From positions 55,740,001 through 55,804,000 of the forward strand of contig NC_086108.1 of NCBI RefSeq assembly GCF_963921235.1: 64,000 nt of DNA. Direction: 5' to 3'. The notes beneath the pieces were generated by a model. That model was not told where the DNA came from, did not search any database, and saw only the letters and a list, made by a program, of their open reading frames with translations. The stretch is from Mobula hypostoma. Its lineage: Eukaryota. Below are positions 12,589-25,690 of the stretch, in pieces. Numbering within the stretch: the stretch's first letter is position 1; each line of letters opens with the position of its first letter. Position numbers and translations under genes: made by a program.

Positions 12589-13420
12589 TTCAAAGATCCA
12601 ATTTAGTGTCAGAGAAATGTATACAATATACATACTGAAATGCTTTTTCTTCGCAAACATCCACAGAAACAGAGGAGTGCCCAAAAGAATGAACGACAGT
12701 TAAACGTAAGAACCCCAAAGTCCACCCCCCGGCTCTCCTCCCTCCTGTGCATGTAGCAGCAAGCAACGATACCCCCTGGCCCCACCAGCAAAAAGAAAAC
12801 ATCAGCACCCACCACCGAGCACTCAAGTGTGAACAAAGCAGTAGCAAAGACACAGACTTGCAGTTACCCCAAAGGCTTCGCGTTTCACCCGGCATTCGAC
12901 ATACCGCAGGTTCTCTCTCTCCCTAATAAGGGAGAAGGAGGTGTCTTCATTTTTCCCAGCGAGTGGGGAGACATAACAAACAACTCTCTGGTTTATGATG
13001 TTAAAAGTTGGTTACGTCGTTTTTTCCCGAGCTCTGTTCCCAAAGATCTCAAAGATCTTGGGCCTTTGGGCCCACAGCAGTAGGTTTTCCAACTCTCCCG
13101 ACACCACTTGGGTCTCTTGCCATGACACTGACCCTCGATCCACCCACCTCCAGAACCCCGAGATCTTAGGCTTCCAAATCCAAGCTGGACTCTCAGGCCA
13201 TACCCTTGGCATGCTGAACAATGGCCAGTCCTGAAACCCTGAGAACAGGTCCTATTCCCACAAAGAACCGAAGTCAGTGTGTAACTCCAGGTCAGAGTCT
13301 TCAAAAGAACCCTGAAAGGGAAAAATAAAGATATTAAAGATGGAGATAGAGCTGTTTCCAAAGGTGCAAGCAAAGTAGTCGCCATTCAGCGCCATCTTGA
13401 CTTCGCTCCGCTTCTCCACC
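12589..13420 (-). mobile_element. Non-autonomous ~830-bp retroelement inserted in the Rex1-type LINE
   Basis: Interrupts the Rex RT frame. Minus-strand 5' end AAGATGGCGCTG, tail CTTTGAACCTTTG, and approximate TSD TCAAAGG/TCAGAGG. Confidence 0.7.
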
Positions 13421-13496
13421 TCAGAGGCGGAAAGGGTCAGTAATTTTAAATTCCTGGGTGTCACCAGCTCAGAGGACCTGTCCTGGACACATCATA

Positions 13497-14864
13497 TGAG
13501 TCTTACTTCAGTGGTTGGTAGGTTGATGGAGAAGATCCTGAGAGGCAGGATTTATGAACATTTGGAGAGGCATAATATGATTAGGAATGGTCAGTGTGGC
13601 TTTGTCAAAGGCAGGTCGTGCTTTACTAGCCTGATTGAATTTTTTCAGGATGTGACTAAACACATTGATGAAGGTAGAGCCGTAGATGTAGTGTATATGG
13701 ATTTTAGCAATGCATTTGATAAGGTTCCCCATGCAAGGCTTATTGAGAATGTAAGGAGACATGGGATCCAAGGGGACATTGCTTTGTGGATCCAGAACTG
13801 GCTTGCCCACAGAAGGCAGAGAATAGTTGTAGACAGGTCATATTCTGCATGGAGGCCAGTGACCAGTGGTGTGCCTCAGGGATCTGTTCTGGGTCCCCTT
13901 CTCTTTGTGTTTTATAAATGACTTGGATGAGGAAGTGGAAGGATGGGTTAGTAAATTTGCTGATGGCACAAAGGTTGGGGATGTTGTGGATAGTGTGGAG
14001 GGCTGTCAGAGGTTACAGTTCGACATTGATAGGATGCAAAACTGGGCTGAGAAGTGGCAGATTGAGTTCAACCCAGATAAGTGTGAGGTGGTTAATTTTG
14101 GTAGGTCAAATATGATGGCAGAATATAGCATTAATGGTAATACTCTTGACAGTGTGGAGGATCAGAGGGATCTTGGGTTCCGAGCCCATAGGACACTCAA
14201 AGCTGCTACGCAGATTGACTCTGTGGTTAAGAAGGCATACGGTGAATTGGCCTTCATCAATCGTGAGATTGAGTTTAAGAGCCGAGAGGTAATGTTGCAG
14301 CTATATAGGACCCTGGTCAGACCCCACTTGTAGTACTGTGCTCAGTTCGAGTCGCCTCACGACAGGAAGGATGTGGAAACCATAGAAAGGGTGCAGAGGA
14401 GATTTACAAGGATGTTGGCTTGATTGGGGAGCATGCCTTATGAGAATAGGTTGAGTGAAAATGGCCTTTTCTCCTTGGAGCGTCAGAGGATGAGAGTTGA
14501 CCTGACAGAGGTCTACAAGATAATGAGAGGCATTGATCGTGTGGATAGTCAGAGGCTTTTCCACAGGGCTGAAGTGGCTAGCACAAGAGGGCATAGTTTT
14601 ACGGTGCTTGGGAGTAGTTACAGAGGAGATGTCAGGGGTACATTTTTTATGCAGAGAGTGGTGAGTGCGCGGAATGGGCTGCCGGCAGCGGTGGTGGAGG
14701 CGAAAACGATAGGGTCTTTTAAGAGATTCCTGGATAGCTACGTGAAGCTTAGAATGATAGAGGGCTATGGGTAAAGCCTAGGTAGTTCTCAGGTAGGGAC
14801 ATGTTTAGCACAGCTTTGTGGGCTGAAGGGCCTGTATTGTGCTGTAGGTTTTCTATGTTTCTAT
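13497..14864 (+). mobile_element. 5'-truncated CR1 LINE inserted in the Rex1-type LINE
   Basis: SLTSVVG, VVYMDFSNAFDKVPH, SGVPQGSVLGP, KFADGTK, LVRPHL, tail TTCTATGTTTCTAT. Confidence 0.95.
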
Positions 14865-15770
14865 ATAAATATAATTGCGAAGAAAGCACGACAGCACCTC
14901 TAATTCCTCAGGAGTCTGCAGAGATTCAGAATGTTTTCAAAAATCTTGGCAAACTCCTATAGATGTTTTGTGGAAAGTGTGCTAACCGGCTGCATTATGG
15001 CCTGGTATGGGAACACCAATGCCTTTGACCAGAAAATCCTCCAAAAGGTGGTGTATTTGGCCCAGTACGTCAAGGGTAAAACCCACCCAAGCATCTGCAC
15101 ATCTACGTGAAACATTGATGTTGAAAAGCAGCATCCATCATCAAAGATTCTCACCACCCAGGCCATCTTTTCTTGCTGTTGCCATCAGGTAGAAGGTACA
15201 AGTACCTTAAGACTTGCACCATCAGGTTCAAGAACAGATACTGCCCCTCAACCATCAGGCTCTTAAACAAAAAGGGAAAACTACACTCATTCTCTTTCTG
15301 GTGTTCCCACATCCAATGGTCACACTTTAAGCACTCTTTATCTTGTTACTTCATGCACTCATTATTTATTGCTATTTATTTATATTTACATTTGAACAGT
15401 TCATTGTTCATCGATCCTGTTTACAGTTACTGTTCTCTAAATTTGCAAAACATGCCTCCAGGGAACAGAATCTCAGGGTGGTGACATGTATGTACTCTGA
15501 AAATATATTTTACTCTGTACTTTGAGGATTCCGAGGCTTGGAAACATGACTACATGAGCATGGTATAATTTATTTCATCAGATCCTTTGGCCAGCTCTGT
15601 TTCTGGCACAATGCTAAGGCAACATACCAAATGTATAGAAAAAATATCTATGCTATCTTGGACCATGCCTCGGAGCTGAACAAAAAGCTTCAGCCTTGTT
15701 TTCTGATTGTTTATGGCATCTGGGCCTGTGCTGCAGCTTCCTGCTCTTTCTTTAACACACCAGGGCTCTC

Positions 15771-15817
15771 ATTCACATGTCCTTTGAATTTCATGATTCA
15801 CATGTCCTTTGAATTTC
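15771..15817. repeat. Short tandem duplication (22-bp unit, period 25)
   Basis: ATTCACATGTCCTTTGAATTTC occurs twice. Confidence 0.9.
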
Positions 15818-16059
15818 CCAGCTTCCTTCAGTCTCCCCAGGGACTAGTTCCTGTGCTCCTTTGAAACTCATTGGTTCCCTTTTCCATAGTTCCTTGAAAA
15901 TTACTGGGTTCACTGAAAAATTACAAGACATAACACCCGAAGCAAAGCGAATTATAAGAGTGATAAATTATTAACTGGGATAACATCCAACCATCTGCAA
16001 GATCTGCACACCCAGCACCCTGAGTGTATTAGATTAACAAAATTTTACCGTATTTTCAA

Positions 16060-17165
16060 ATCAAGAAGATGAGCAACTTGGGAGGAGTGGTGCTCCAGGC
16101 ATCTGCTGTTAGTGGGGGAGGTTTAATAAGTGCTGTCAGAGTGCATGTATTTTGTAGATGGTACAAGCAATGACTGCTGTTCATTAGTGATAGAGGGAAT
16201 GAATCTTTAGAGTAGATACCAATCAGATGGACTGCTTTGTTCTGAATGGGGTTAATCTCCTTGAGAGATGTAGGAGTTGTACTTGACAAGGCAAGTGGAG
16301 AGTTTTCACATACCTGCCTTGTGCCTGCGGAATGTGGAAAGGTTTTGGAGTATCGTTCAGCAGAGTGCACACTCTGCTCGTGTAGTCATGCTATGTTGAG
16401 CACGCTATGTTGGCACCAGAGGCACAGCGACGCTTGCTGGCTGCCACCAGCATATCCTTGATGAAAACGGTGCGTCCACTTTTCCATGTGTCGAGGCTAA
16501 TCTTTAAAAAATCTTTGATTTAGTTGTGGTGTTTATGTGGTTGGTTTGGTTGGGTTTCTAGTCACTGGATATTAAGCCATAAAAGCAGAATTAGGCCATT
16601 TTGGCCCATCAAATATGCTCTGCCATTTCGTCATGGCTGATTTATTATCCCTCTCAACCCCATTCTCCTGCCTTCTCCCCATAACCTTTCACTCCCTGGC
16701 TAATCAAAAACCTATCAACTTCCGTGTTAAATACTCCCCCAGTGACCTGGCCTCCATAAGGGACTTCGCACCGGGAGTACCATTAAATGTATAGGGGAAT
16801 TGTTTAGAACTACTCTTGTTGGAGGCAATTGTCTTGCCTAGACTGATTCTCTGGTTGAAGAGCTGGTTGACTGTTGTGCAATCATCATCTATTCGTGAAC
16901 TGAAGAAGGAACGTCATCAATGAAGCATCTAAAGATGATTGGTGTGAGAATATTGTGCTAAGCACCCTGCAAGGAATACATGTTATGCAGCCATGTCTTG
17001 GATGGATCTGATTCTAAGTCACGGGGATCTGAGTGCCCATTATAATCAAAGTCCTTTCCATGGAGTGTGACCTGAACAGTTGGTCTGTTTTCCCCTTGAT
17101 GCTTATTGATCAGTTTTATTAGGTCTGTCAATGGCACCTTGATGTCAAGGGCAGTCACTCTCATC
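16060..17165 (-). mobile_element. Old CR1-group LINE fragments with nested SINE and CR1 tails
   Basis: RVTALDIK and IQNKAVHLIG motifs in minus ORFs; CR1 tail at ~16573-16760. Confidence 0.55.
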
Positions 17166-17651
17166 TTCAGAATTCAGCAGTTTGAGTTGTAGAGTCATAT
17201 AGCACAGAAAATGACCTGTTGACAATCAATTACCAATCTGTTCTAGACGGATATGTGTATTTGGGTCAAGTTTAGATAGCCATCTTGGATAGTCATATGG
17301 ATATGTTGGACTGAACAGACTATTTCTGTACTGTATTACTCCATGACTCATCTGCTATCATTTGATCTGTAGTTGCTCATGTAGATGCTTCCTAAATGTT
17401 GTGAAAGTACTTCCCTCTGCCACCACCTCAGCCTCTTCCACTTTAAGGAAAAACACAATGAGGTTATCCAAGCAGAGTCTGGGTGAAAATATTCTTTGTC
17501 AGATCCCCTCAAAACTTCTTATCCCTTACTCTGGTAACCCCCAGTTACGGACACCTCTGCAATGAGCAATAAAACTCCTACTATCTACCTTAACCATCGC
17601 CCTCATAATATTAAATTCTTCTGTTAACTTTCCCCTAAGTCTCCTCTAAAA

Positions 17652-17735
17652 TATAGCATATTATACTATAGTATACTATAATAGTATAGTATAGTATAGT
17701 ATAGTATATACTATATAGTATAGTATATAGTATAG
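17652..17735. repeat. (TATAG)n simple repeat at a CR1 tail
   Basis: Visible TATAG/CTATA array adjoining a minus-strand CR1 3'UTR. Confidence 0.85.
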
Positions 17736-18166
17736 GCTCTTCAGCCCACGATGTTGTACTAACTTTTTAACATATTCCAAGATAAATCTAGCCATTACTT
17801 CCCATATAGCCTTCATTTTTCTTTCATCCAATTCTCTTAATTGTCCCTAATGTATCTGACTCTACCGCCTACCTGGCAGTGTGTTCCATGCACTCACCAC
17901 TCTCTGTGAGAAAAAACTTACCTCTGACATCCCCTTACTTTCCTCCATTCACATTACAAACATGTCCTCTTGTATTAGCTATGCCACTTGGGAAAAAAGT
18001 CTCTGGTTGTCCACTCTATCTATGCTTCTTATCTTATGTGCCCCTATCAAGTTGCCTCTCATCCTCCTTCACTGCAAAGAGAAAAGCCCGTGCTTGCTTA
18101 ACCTTACATAAGACTTTTTTTCTAATCCAGACACATCCTGGTAAATCCCCTTTGCACCCTCTAAAG
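17736..18166 (-). mobile_element. CR1 3' fragment, continued at ~20510-20680
   Basis: Reverse complement of CR1 3'UTR and C-terminus. The MEFNPE region resumes after the hAT element. Confidence 0.75.
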
Positions 18167-20450
18167 CAATCATTCCCTGTGGAGGCAGTAGCACCCCCCA
18201 AGAGGGCAGTTATGTGTCCTAAGGGGGAGTTAGGGGAAATAGAAGTCGTTGGGGGGGCATTCAAGATTCTTGGGGGGGGGAGCAAGCTGCACCCCAATGA
18301 GGCACGAGACCTGACTGATGGTTAGTAGAGCAGGAGCTTCCAAAAAAAGGATGAGGCACTAGAACACAGGAAGAACCATGGTTCTGCAGGTGGTGAGCAG
18401 TCGTCATCACAAAGCATCTGAAACTCAGCAATCTCATGCGACCTTACCAACCTTTGCGTGCTGATACCATCGTTCCATCCGTGTGAATTTGCTGCCATCG
18501 TCAATATCCGACAGGCATTCCCAGTTGGTTTTTTAATTTTAATTTAGCCCTGTTAATGATGGATAAGTACATACGCCGCAATCTCTATGAATCTGAAGAT
18601 GGTGAAGCCTTGAATTCTAATCCTGCTAAGAAACAAAAGCTACAGAAGGTGTGTCAATAAAATATTACATACCCGGAGTATGGTTTTATTCCACTCCTGT
18701 CAGATCAGCGATGCCCCATGTGTCTTATTTGTAATAATGTACTGTCTAATGAAGCCATCAAGATTGCAGTAACACACTCTATAAAAGACACCCTGAAAAG
18801 GCTACTTATAGTATTACTCAGTTCTTGAAAATGAAAGAAGCATTTGAAAGGTGTTGCAAACTCAAATCCTTTGCCAAGAAAACTAGAAATGACCTTGATA
18901 GTAATCTCATTGCTTCTTATAAAATTTCCAAAATGATAGCAAAGTGTGAAAATCCCATATAATTGGGGAAAGAATAATAATAGCTGCTGTATCAGAAGTT
19001 GCTCATCACTGTTCTCAAAATGAATACCAGTATTTTTAAATCATTTCTGTGTAATATATCTGTAGTTCATCATATTGATGAAATGAGTGAAGACATTGAG
19101 CATCAACTAAGCACAGAACTACAAAAAACAGAATTTGGGACACAACTGGATGAGTCAACTGTGTGAGATAATGAGGCATTGCCAATAGCGTATGTATGGT
19201 TTATCAAAAATGGATGTTTATGAAGAGATTCTCTTTTGTAAAAAGTTAAAAACAAATATCAACAGAGACTCAATCCATGGTGAGCTCAAAATGTATATTG
19301 AGGATAAAAGTATTCCTATTAGGAACATGATTGCTTGTGCAACAGAGAGAGCACCATATATGAGAGGTCACCATGTTCATTTAGTGACATTTATGAAAAA
19401 GGAATTCCAAGTCTGTTCGCAATCCATTCTGTAATTCATGGTCAGCATCTCGCAGCCAAAAACTTCAGCCACTGACTTTTTTCAAGCATGACTCTTATAA
19501 TATTTGCTATCAACAGTATTAAAGCTCATCCATTAAATAGAATTTTTCGCCAGTTACACCAAGATAACGATGAAGAGTTTGAACGCTTGCTTCTTCACAC
19601 TGAAATGCATTGGGTGTCAAAAGGTTGCTGCTTAAAATGTTTCTTTGATCTTTTTGACACTGTGGTTGGATTTTTGTTCAAAGTCAACAAGAGCTTAGGA
19701 AACAAGATTGAATTTCTATGTGGAGATGTGGCGTACCTAGCCGATCTGTATGACAAAATGAACATTCTAAATATGAAACTGCAGGGTGAGAACTTCAATT
19801 TAATCTAGACAAAAAGTGCAATGTTCATTTTATCAGAAAATTGGAAATATATAAGCAAAACTTTGGGAGAAGAATGTTCTCACAGTTTCCCCACATGGAA
19901 CGTATGGCACTCTCTTCCGCAGACGGTGATTTGCAAGAGTACTGCTTAGACCTGTAGTCACTGAAGAAGGATTTTCAGAATTGATTCAAGGATTTGAATG
20001 ATATGGAATTCCAGACCAGGTAATTAACTCATTTCTTTGCAAGGTGGAAGAACAGGAAGAGAGCTTGCAAGAAGAAATTATCGAAATTCTGAAGAGCAAA
20101 AAATGCTTTTCAAAAATGTCAGCTTTTGTGAAATGTGGCAACAGTGTCATATGAAGTTTCCTGTCTTTAGAGAAGAGCCAAACTGCTCTTCCTTGCACTT
20201 CCATCCTCCTACCTTGTTGAAAGAGGCTTCAGTGCAGAGAAGTACATACTCAGAAAAAAACAGAAACTGCTTGGACATTGTTACGTACACGGACTTAAGA
20301 CTTTTGCTGTCACAACTTGAACCAGATATTTCAACTCTTGCTAAAAACCATCAAGCTCAAGGATCACGTTGATATTGAAGCTGCTGTACAGTGCCCAGGT
20401 ACTGTGTAAGCTAGGATTAAAGACAAATAACAATTTAAAGTAGAATAATG
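18167..20450 (+). mobile_element. hAT (Charlie/Buster-like) DNA transposon relic
   Basis: Broken transposase at ~18560-20372: YGFIP..PMCLICNNVLSNE (BED finger), QLDEST, LLLHTEMHWVSKG, VAYLADLYDKMNILNMKLQG, FPSSYLVERGFS-like and DLRLLLSQLEPDI..HQAQGS. Left flank is CTCTAAAG. Right terminus not found. Confidence 0.9.
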
Positions 20451-20689
20451 TTTCTCATGTTAGCATATGGTAGACATGTTTTACACTATGGGGGTACTGG
20501 AAAGTATATTGTTTCTGGGTTGAACTCTATCTGCCACTTCTCAGCCCAGCTCAGTATCCTGTTGATGTCTATACTATCCACAACACCACCAATCTTTGCA
20601 CCATTTGCAGACCTACCAACTGTTTCACATACCCAAATCCCTGCAGAACACCACCAGCTATGAACCTCCAGCCAGAATACACTACAACT

Positions 20690-20970
20690 AAAGATTATCT
20701 TTATTCGTCACAGACACATCCAAACATGGAAACATGCAATGAAATGCATTGTTTGCTTCAATAACCAAGAAGGTCCAAGGATTGTGCTGGGGGGAGCCCT
20801 TGAACATTGCCACATCTCCAGTGGCTTTTTAGCAGGCCCACAACTCACTAACCCTAAGCATACATCCTCAGAATGTAGGGGAGACTGGGGTACCCAGAGG
20901 AATCGCACACTGTTATAAGGAGCTCATATAAACTCCTTACAGAGAGCAGTGGGAATTGAACCCTGATTGA
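20690..20970 (-). mobile_element. V-SINE/HE1-like SINE
   Basis: Reverse complement contains GGGTTCAATTCC (B box), TGTAAGGAGTTT and the V-domain-like TTCCTCTGGGTACCCCAG. Confidence 0.7.
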
Positions 20971-21059
20971 TGAAGAGTGAGGTGTACCCAGACTGAAAAT
21001 GAGGTACTGTTCCTTAAGCGTCCACTTCGGGCTTCATTGTGACAGTCGAGGAGGTCACA

Positions 21060-22677
21060 GACCCATAGATCATAAGACCATAAAATAATGGAGCTGAAGC
21101 CAGCCATTCAGCCCATCGAGTCTGCTCCGCCATTTTATCATGAGCTGATCCATTCTCCCATTTAGTCCCATTCCCCTGCCTTTTCACCATAACCTTTGAT
21201 GCCCTGGCTACTCAGATACCTATCAATCTCTGCCTTAAATACACCCAATGACTTGGCCTCCACTGCTACCTGTGGCAACAAATTCCATAGATTCACCACC
21301 CTCTGGCTAAAAAAATTTCTTCGCATTTCTGTTCTGAATGGGCGCCCTTCAAGTCATGCCCTCTCGTACTAGTCTCCCCCATCATGGGAAACAACTTTGC
21401 CACATCCACTCTGTCCATGCCTTTCAACATTCGAAATGTTTCTATAAGGTCTCCCCTCATTCTTCAAAACTCCAAGGAATACAGTCCAAGAGCAGACAAA
21501 CGTTCCTCATATGTTAACCCTCTCATTCCTGGTATCATTCTAGTGAATCTTCTCTGTACCTTCTCCAATGTCAGCACATTCTTTCTTAAATAAGGAGACC
21601 AAAACTGCCCACAATACTCCAAGTGAGGTCTCACCAGCCCCTTATAGAGCCTCAACATCACATCTCTGCTCCTATACTCTATTCCTCTAGAAATGAATGC
21701 CAACATTGCATTCACCTTCTTCACTACCGACTCAACCTGGAGGTTAACCTTAAGGGTATCCTGTACGAGGACTCCCAAGTCCTGTTGCATCTCAGAACTT
21801 TGAATTCTTTCCCCATTTAAATAATAGTCTGCCCGATTATTACTTCTGCCAAAGTGCATAACCATATACTTTCCAACATTGTACTTCATTTGCCACTTCT
21901 TTGCCCATTCTTCCAATCTATCCAAGTCTCTCTTCAGACTCTCCATTTCCTCAGCGCTACCGGCCCCTCCACCTATCTTCGTATCGTCAACAAACTTAGC
22001 CACAAAGCCATCTATTCCATAATCCAAATCGTTGATGTACAATGTAAAAAGAAGCGGCCCCAACACGGACCCCTGTGGAACACCACTGGTAACCGGCAGC
22101 CAACCAGAATAGGATCCCTTTATTCCCACTCTCTGTTTCCTGCCAATCAGCCAACGCTCTATCCACATATGTAACTTTCCCGTAATTCCGTGGGCCCTTA
22201 TCTTGTTAAGTAGCCTCATGTGTGGCACCTTGTCAAAGGCCTTCTGAAAGTCCAAATCTACAACATCCACTGCATCTCCTGTCTAGCCTACTGGTAATTT
22301 CCTCAAAAAATTGTAATAGGCTTGTCAGGCAGGATTTCCCTTTAAGGAATCCGTGCTGAGTTCTGCCTATCTTGTCATATGCGTCCAGGTACTCTGTAAC
22401 CTCATCCTTGACAATCGACTCCAACAACTTCCCAACCACCGACGTCAAGCTAACAGGTCTATAATTTCCTTTTTGGTTCCTTGCCCCCTTCTTAAATAGT
22501 GGAGTGACATTTGCAATCTTCCAGTCTTCCGGAACCATGCCAGAATCTATCAACTTTTGAAAGATCATCGCTAATGCCTCCGCAATCTCCACAGCTACTT
22601 CCTTCGGAACACACGGGTGCATTCCATCTGGTCCAGGTGATTTATCTACCCTTAGACTATTCAGCTTCCTGAGTACT
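21060..22677 (-). mobile_element. CR1 LINE, RT to 3' tail
   Basis: KSPGPDG, NYRPVSLTSVVGK, LDFQKAFDKVPH, GVPQGSVLGP, FVDDTK, VRPHLEYC; CTTATG tail repeats. Confidence 0.95.
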
Positions 22678-22930
22678 TGATCAGAGTGGGAGTGGGAGTG
22701 GGATGTAGAATTAAAGCAGCGGGCAACAGAAAGATCAGGGTTGCCGCTGTGAACTGAATGCAGAAGCTCCATAAAGTGATCACTCAACTTGCATTTGCTT
22801 TCTCCACTGTAGAGGAGAACACTGAATGCAGTGCACTGGATTAGAAGAGGTCTGAGTGAATCACTGCTTCACTGGGAAAGGCTTAATACCTTGGCGTTGG
22901 GAAGAGGTGAAAGGACAAGTGTTGTATTGC
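22678..22930 (-). mobile_element. Penelope-like GIY-YIG region fragment
   Basis: DHFMELLHSV..DLSVARCFNSTSHSHS resembles the C-terminal part of a PLE endonuclease. Confidence 0.55.
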
Positions 22931-23019
22931 CAGCACTTGAAAGGAAATGTCTACAAATAAGGGTGGTGGTTGGTGGGAAGGAGTCATGAAGGAAACGAGG
23001 GATGATTAGCCAGATTGTA

Positions 23020-23180
23020 CTCATCCTGCTTTTTGTGAGCCGGACTCTTCTGGGCAACTTTCCACATTACTGAGCTGATTCCAGTATTTTAACTACTGAA
23101 ACAGCTAGTCAAGAGGTGCAACTCATTCTGGAGTGCAGGTCCTCAATAATACAGCTGGCATGTTGTCCATTCCCGTAGCC
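23020..23180 (-). mobile_element. Old CR1-group RT fragment
   Basis: Degenerate DNMPAVLLRTCTPE...MWKVAQ motif on the minus strand. Confidence 0.55.
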
Positions 23181-24899
23181 CGGCCTGGTTCCGTCTCGTG
23201 TCAGGCATTCTTTTCTAACGATGCAGAAGCGGAAGCGGAAGCAGAAGGCTGACTGAGCTGACTACAGTCCTTTCTCTGTATCTGAAAATCCTACCTCAAA
23301 ATGGGGCAGGCAATAAACACTGTCTGAGTTTCACGCATCAGATCTTGGAAAATAGTCATCGAAAGAGGTCACTTCATGTATCACTGCTGTTAAAAGCCAT
23401 TGAATTGTTTTTAAATGTCCCTGATGTGTACAAGAATGATCAACAGAAACTGCGTAGTGTAAATAAAGCATCAAGGTTCAGTAAAATAAAGAAAAAGAAA
23501 CAAAGCACTACATACATATAACACTTTGCACACAACTTTGCTCCAAATTCACTGGCTACTTAGTTTAACTGTATGACATGTCGTGTTTTCTAGCTGGCAT
23601 CCAAGGCTCTGGCATCTGACCTCCAGCTCATCTCTGACTTCCTGTGTTTCAATAGACAGGCATGGAAGTCAGGGACAAGCTGGCCTACAGGGAGAACTTA
23701 GCAATAATTCTCTACATACCTGCCAGCCAAGTGTGAGTCTGATGTAGCGCATTAAATAATCAGTGAGAAAATTACTTTTATTTTGAATAGTTCAAATGTA
23801 ATTTAGCATTTGATGGCCCTCTGTTCTGCTAATCACAATTAGGGCCTCAAAGTTGAAAGAGGAATAGCAAGACAGCGAAGTAATTCAATATTAAATATTC
23901 ACTCGGTAAACCTTCACAAGTTCCTATGAACTGTAACTCCCCCAAATCTCAGAAGGTAAAAACATTATACAATATGAATTTATGCCATTTCTTATGTCTA
24001 ATTAGTCCAAATATTAACAGTCTCACCTCATCTGTGCAACAAAGAATTAGTAGAGTTTGATTGACATGCCAGTAGTTAGTGTTTTATCTAGCAATGAAAT
24101 ATTAAAAGCATTCTGATTTATCAAAAGTCCCAAATTTCAAATTAAATCTCAAAATTTACTGATCAGAGTATGCAAGTATACAATAATGACAACTACTTGA
24201 AGATAAGTAAGTTTTTCACTAACATTTGCACACTAGCCAATTCCAGTTGAAAGCAGATTAGCAGATCATCTCAGGATTCATGGCTGAAATGATTGCTGTA
24301 TTTGCTTACAGTCCCTGCATCCTGAAGAAAAATCCATTTTGTGGGATATTCTTTATTATTTTTTCAGAATCCCTTGTAAAATTTGGGTCACCAATCTGCA
24401 TAAAGCTGTGAGATCACCAGAAGTGAAGATTTCTGACAATGCTGTGTGGTGAATTATAATTGGGGAGGCACAGTCAAGTTGGATTGGTTTCTTTGGGAGG
24501 AAAAGAATGATGAAGGAAGATTTAATCATGAGTCCTGTGTAGGGTAAGCAAAAAAGATCTTTTTCCCTTTGGCAAAGCAATAACTGAGGGACATGGATTT
24601 AAATTTTTGGTAGAAGGCTACAGCTCAGATGAAAAATAATGATTCCATTCAGTGATGGCATCTTGCCACTGAGTGTCCAAAAGGCGAGTGGTAGCAAAAG
24701 GTCTCTCCACTATTAGAATGTCTATGGATGAGCATTTGAAGAACTATAACCTGTTGGGGTATGTACCAAGAAATGGGAAATGGCATTAATGTAAAATCCA
24801 TATTTGGCTGGCATGCATAGAATGAATTTAGAATGACTTTCACCATAAGACCCACAAAAAATACCCCACAAATTTCCATTAGTTCTGTGCTCAGTTTTG

Positions 24900-25690
24900 T
24901 TTTTGATCTGTACTTGCTAAGATGTCCCATCCAAGCTGGTCCCATTTGTGACATATGACCCATAACATAACATTCTAATCCATGTACCTGTTCAACTTTC
25001 TTTTAAACTATTTTATTGTACATGCCTCATCCATTTCCTTTGGCCGATCATTACACATGGATACCACCCTTTGTGTAAAAAAAAAGTTGTCCTTAAGATG
25101 CTATGAAACCAATGCACTCTAAACTTTAACCTATGCCCCTTAGTTCTTGATTCCCCAATCTTGGGTAAAAGACTATGTGCATTCACCCTATCTATGCCCC
25201 TCCTGATTTTATGCACCACTATAAGATCACCTCTCAACCTCAAGTCCTGGCAACATCCTTGTAGATCTTTTTTTACATTCTTTCCAGCTAAGTGGGATCT
25301 TTCCCATAGCAGGGTAACCAAAACTGAACACAATACTTCAAGTGCAGCCTCACCTGTTTCGTCCATGAACAACCGCACAATGTCCTTCCAAAGTTATGCA
25401 CTGACTTATGAAGGCCAGCGTACCAAAAGCTTTCTTCAGCACCCTATCTATCTGTGACTCCACTTTTAGTCAACCAAGTACGTGTGCTCCAAGGTTCACT
25501 TTGTCCCCCAACCTTCCCCTAGCCCCTGCCATGCACTAGTTGCAGACCCCCAGTCTGAGAGGCAGCCTTCCCCCATCTGCTTTCTACCACCAAGACAATT
25601 TTACATCCAATTAGCCAGTTCTCCCTCGATTTCACATGCGGTAACCTTACAAAACAGACTACTATGTGGAACATGATGCAGGTTATCTGC
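24900..25690 (-). mobile_element. Degraded CR1 3' fragment
   Basis: RLRGDLIVVHKIRRGIDRVN..SRTKGHRLK. Confidence 0.75.

Larger units (their letters stand above)
11700..15525 (+). mobile_element. Rex1/Babar-type LINE (RT to 3' end), split by two nested insertions
   Basis: [94 protein letters not shown]. Confidence 0.85.

Noticed and set aside
18560..20372. Host SCAND3/ZBED/ZMYM-like gene
   Set aside because: Numerous stops and frameshifts and insertion inside a CR1 indicate a dead transposon copy.
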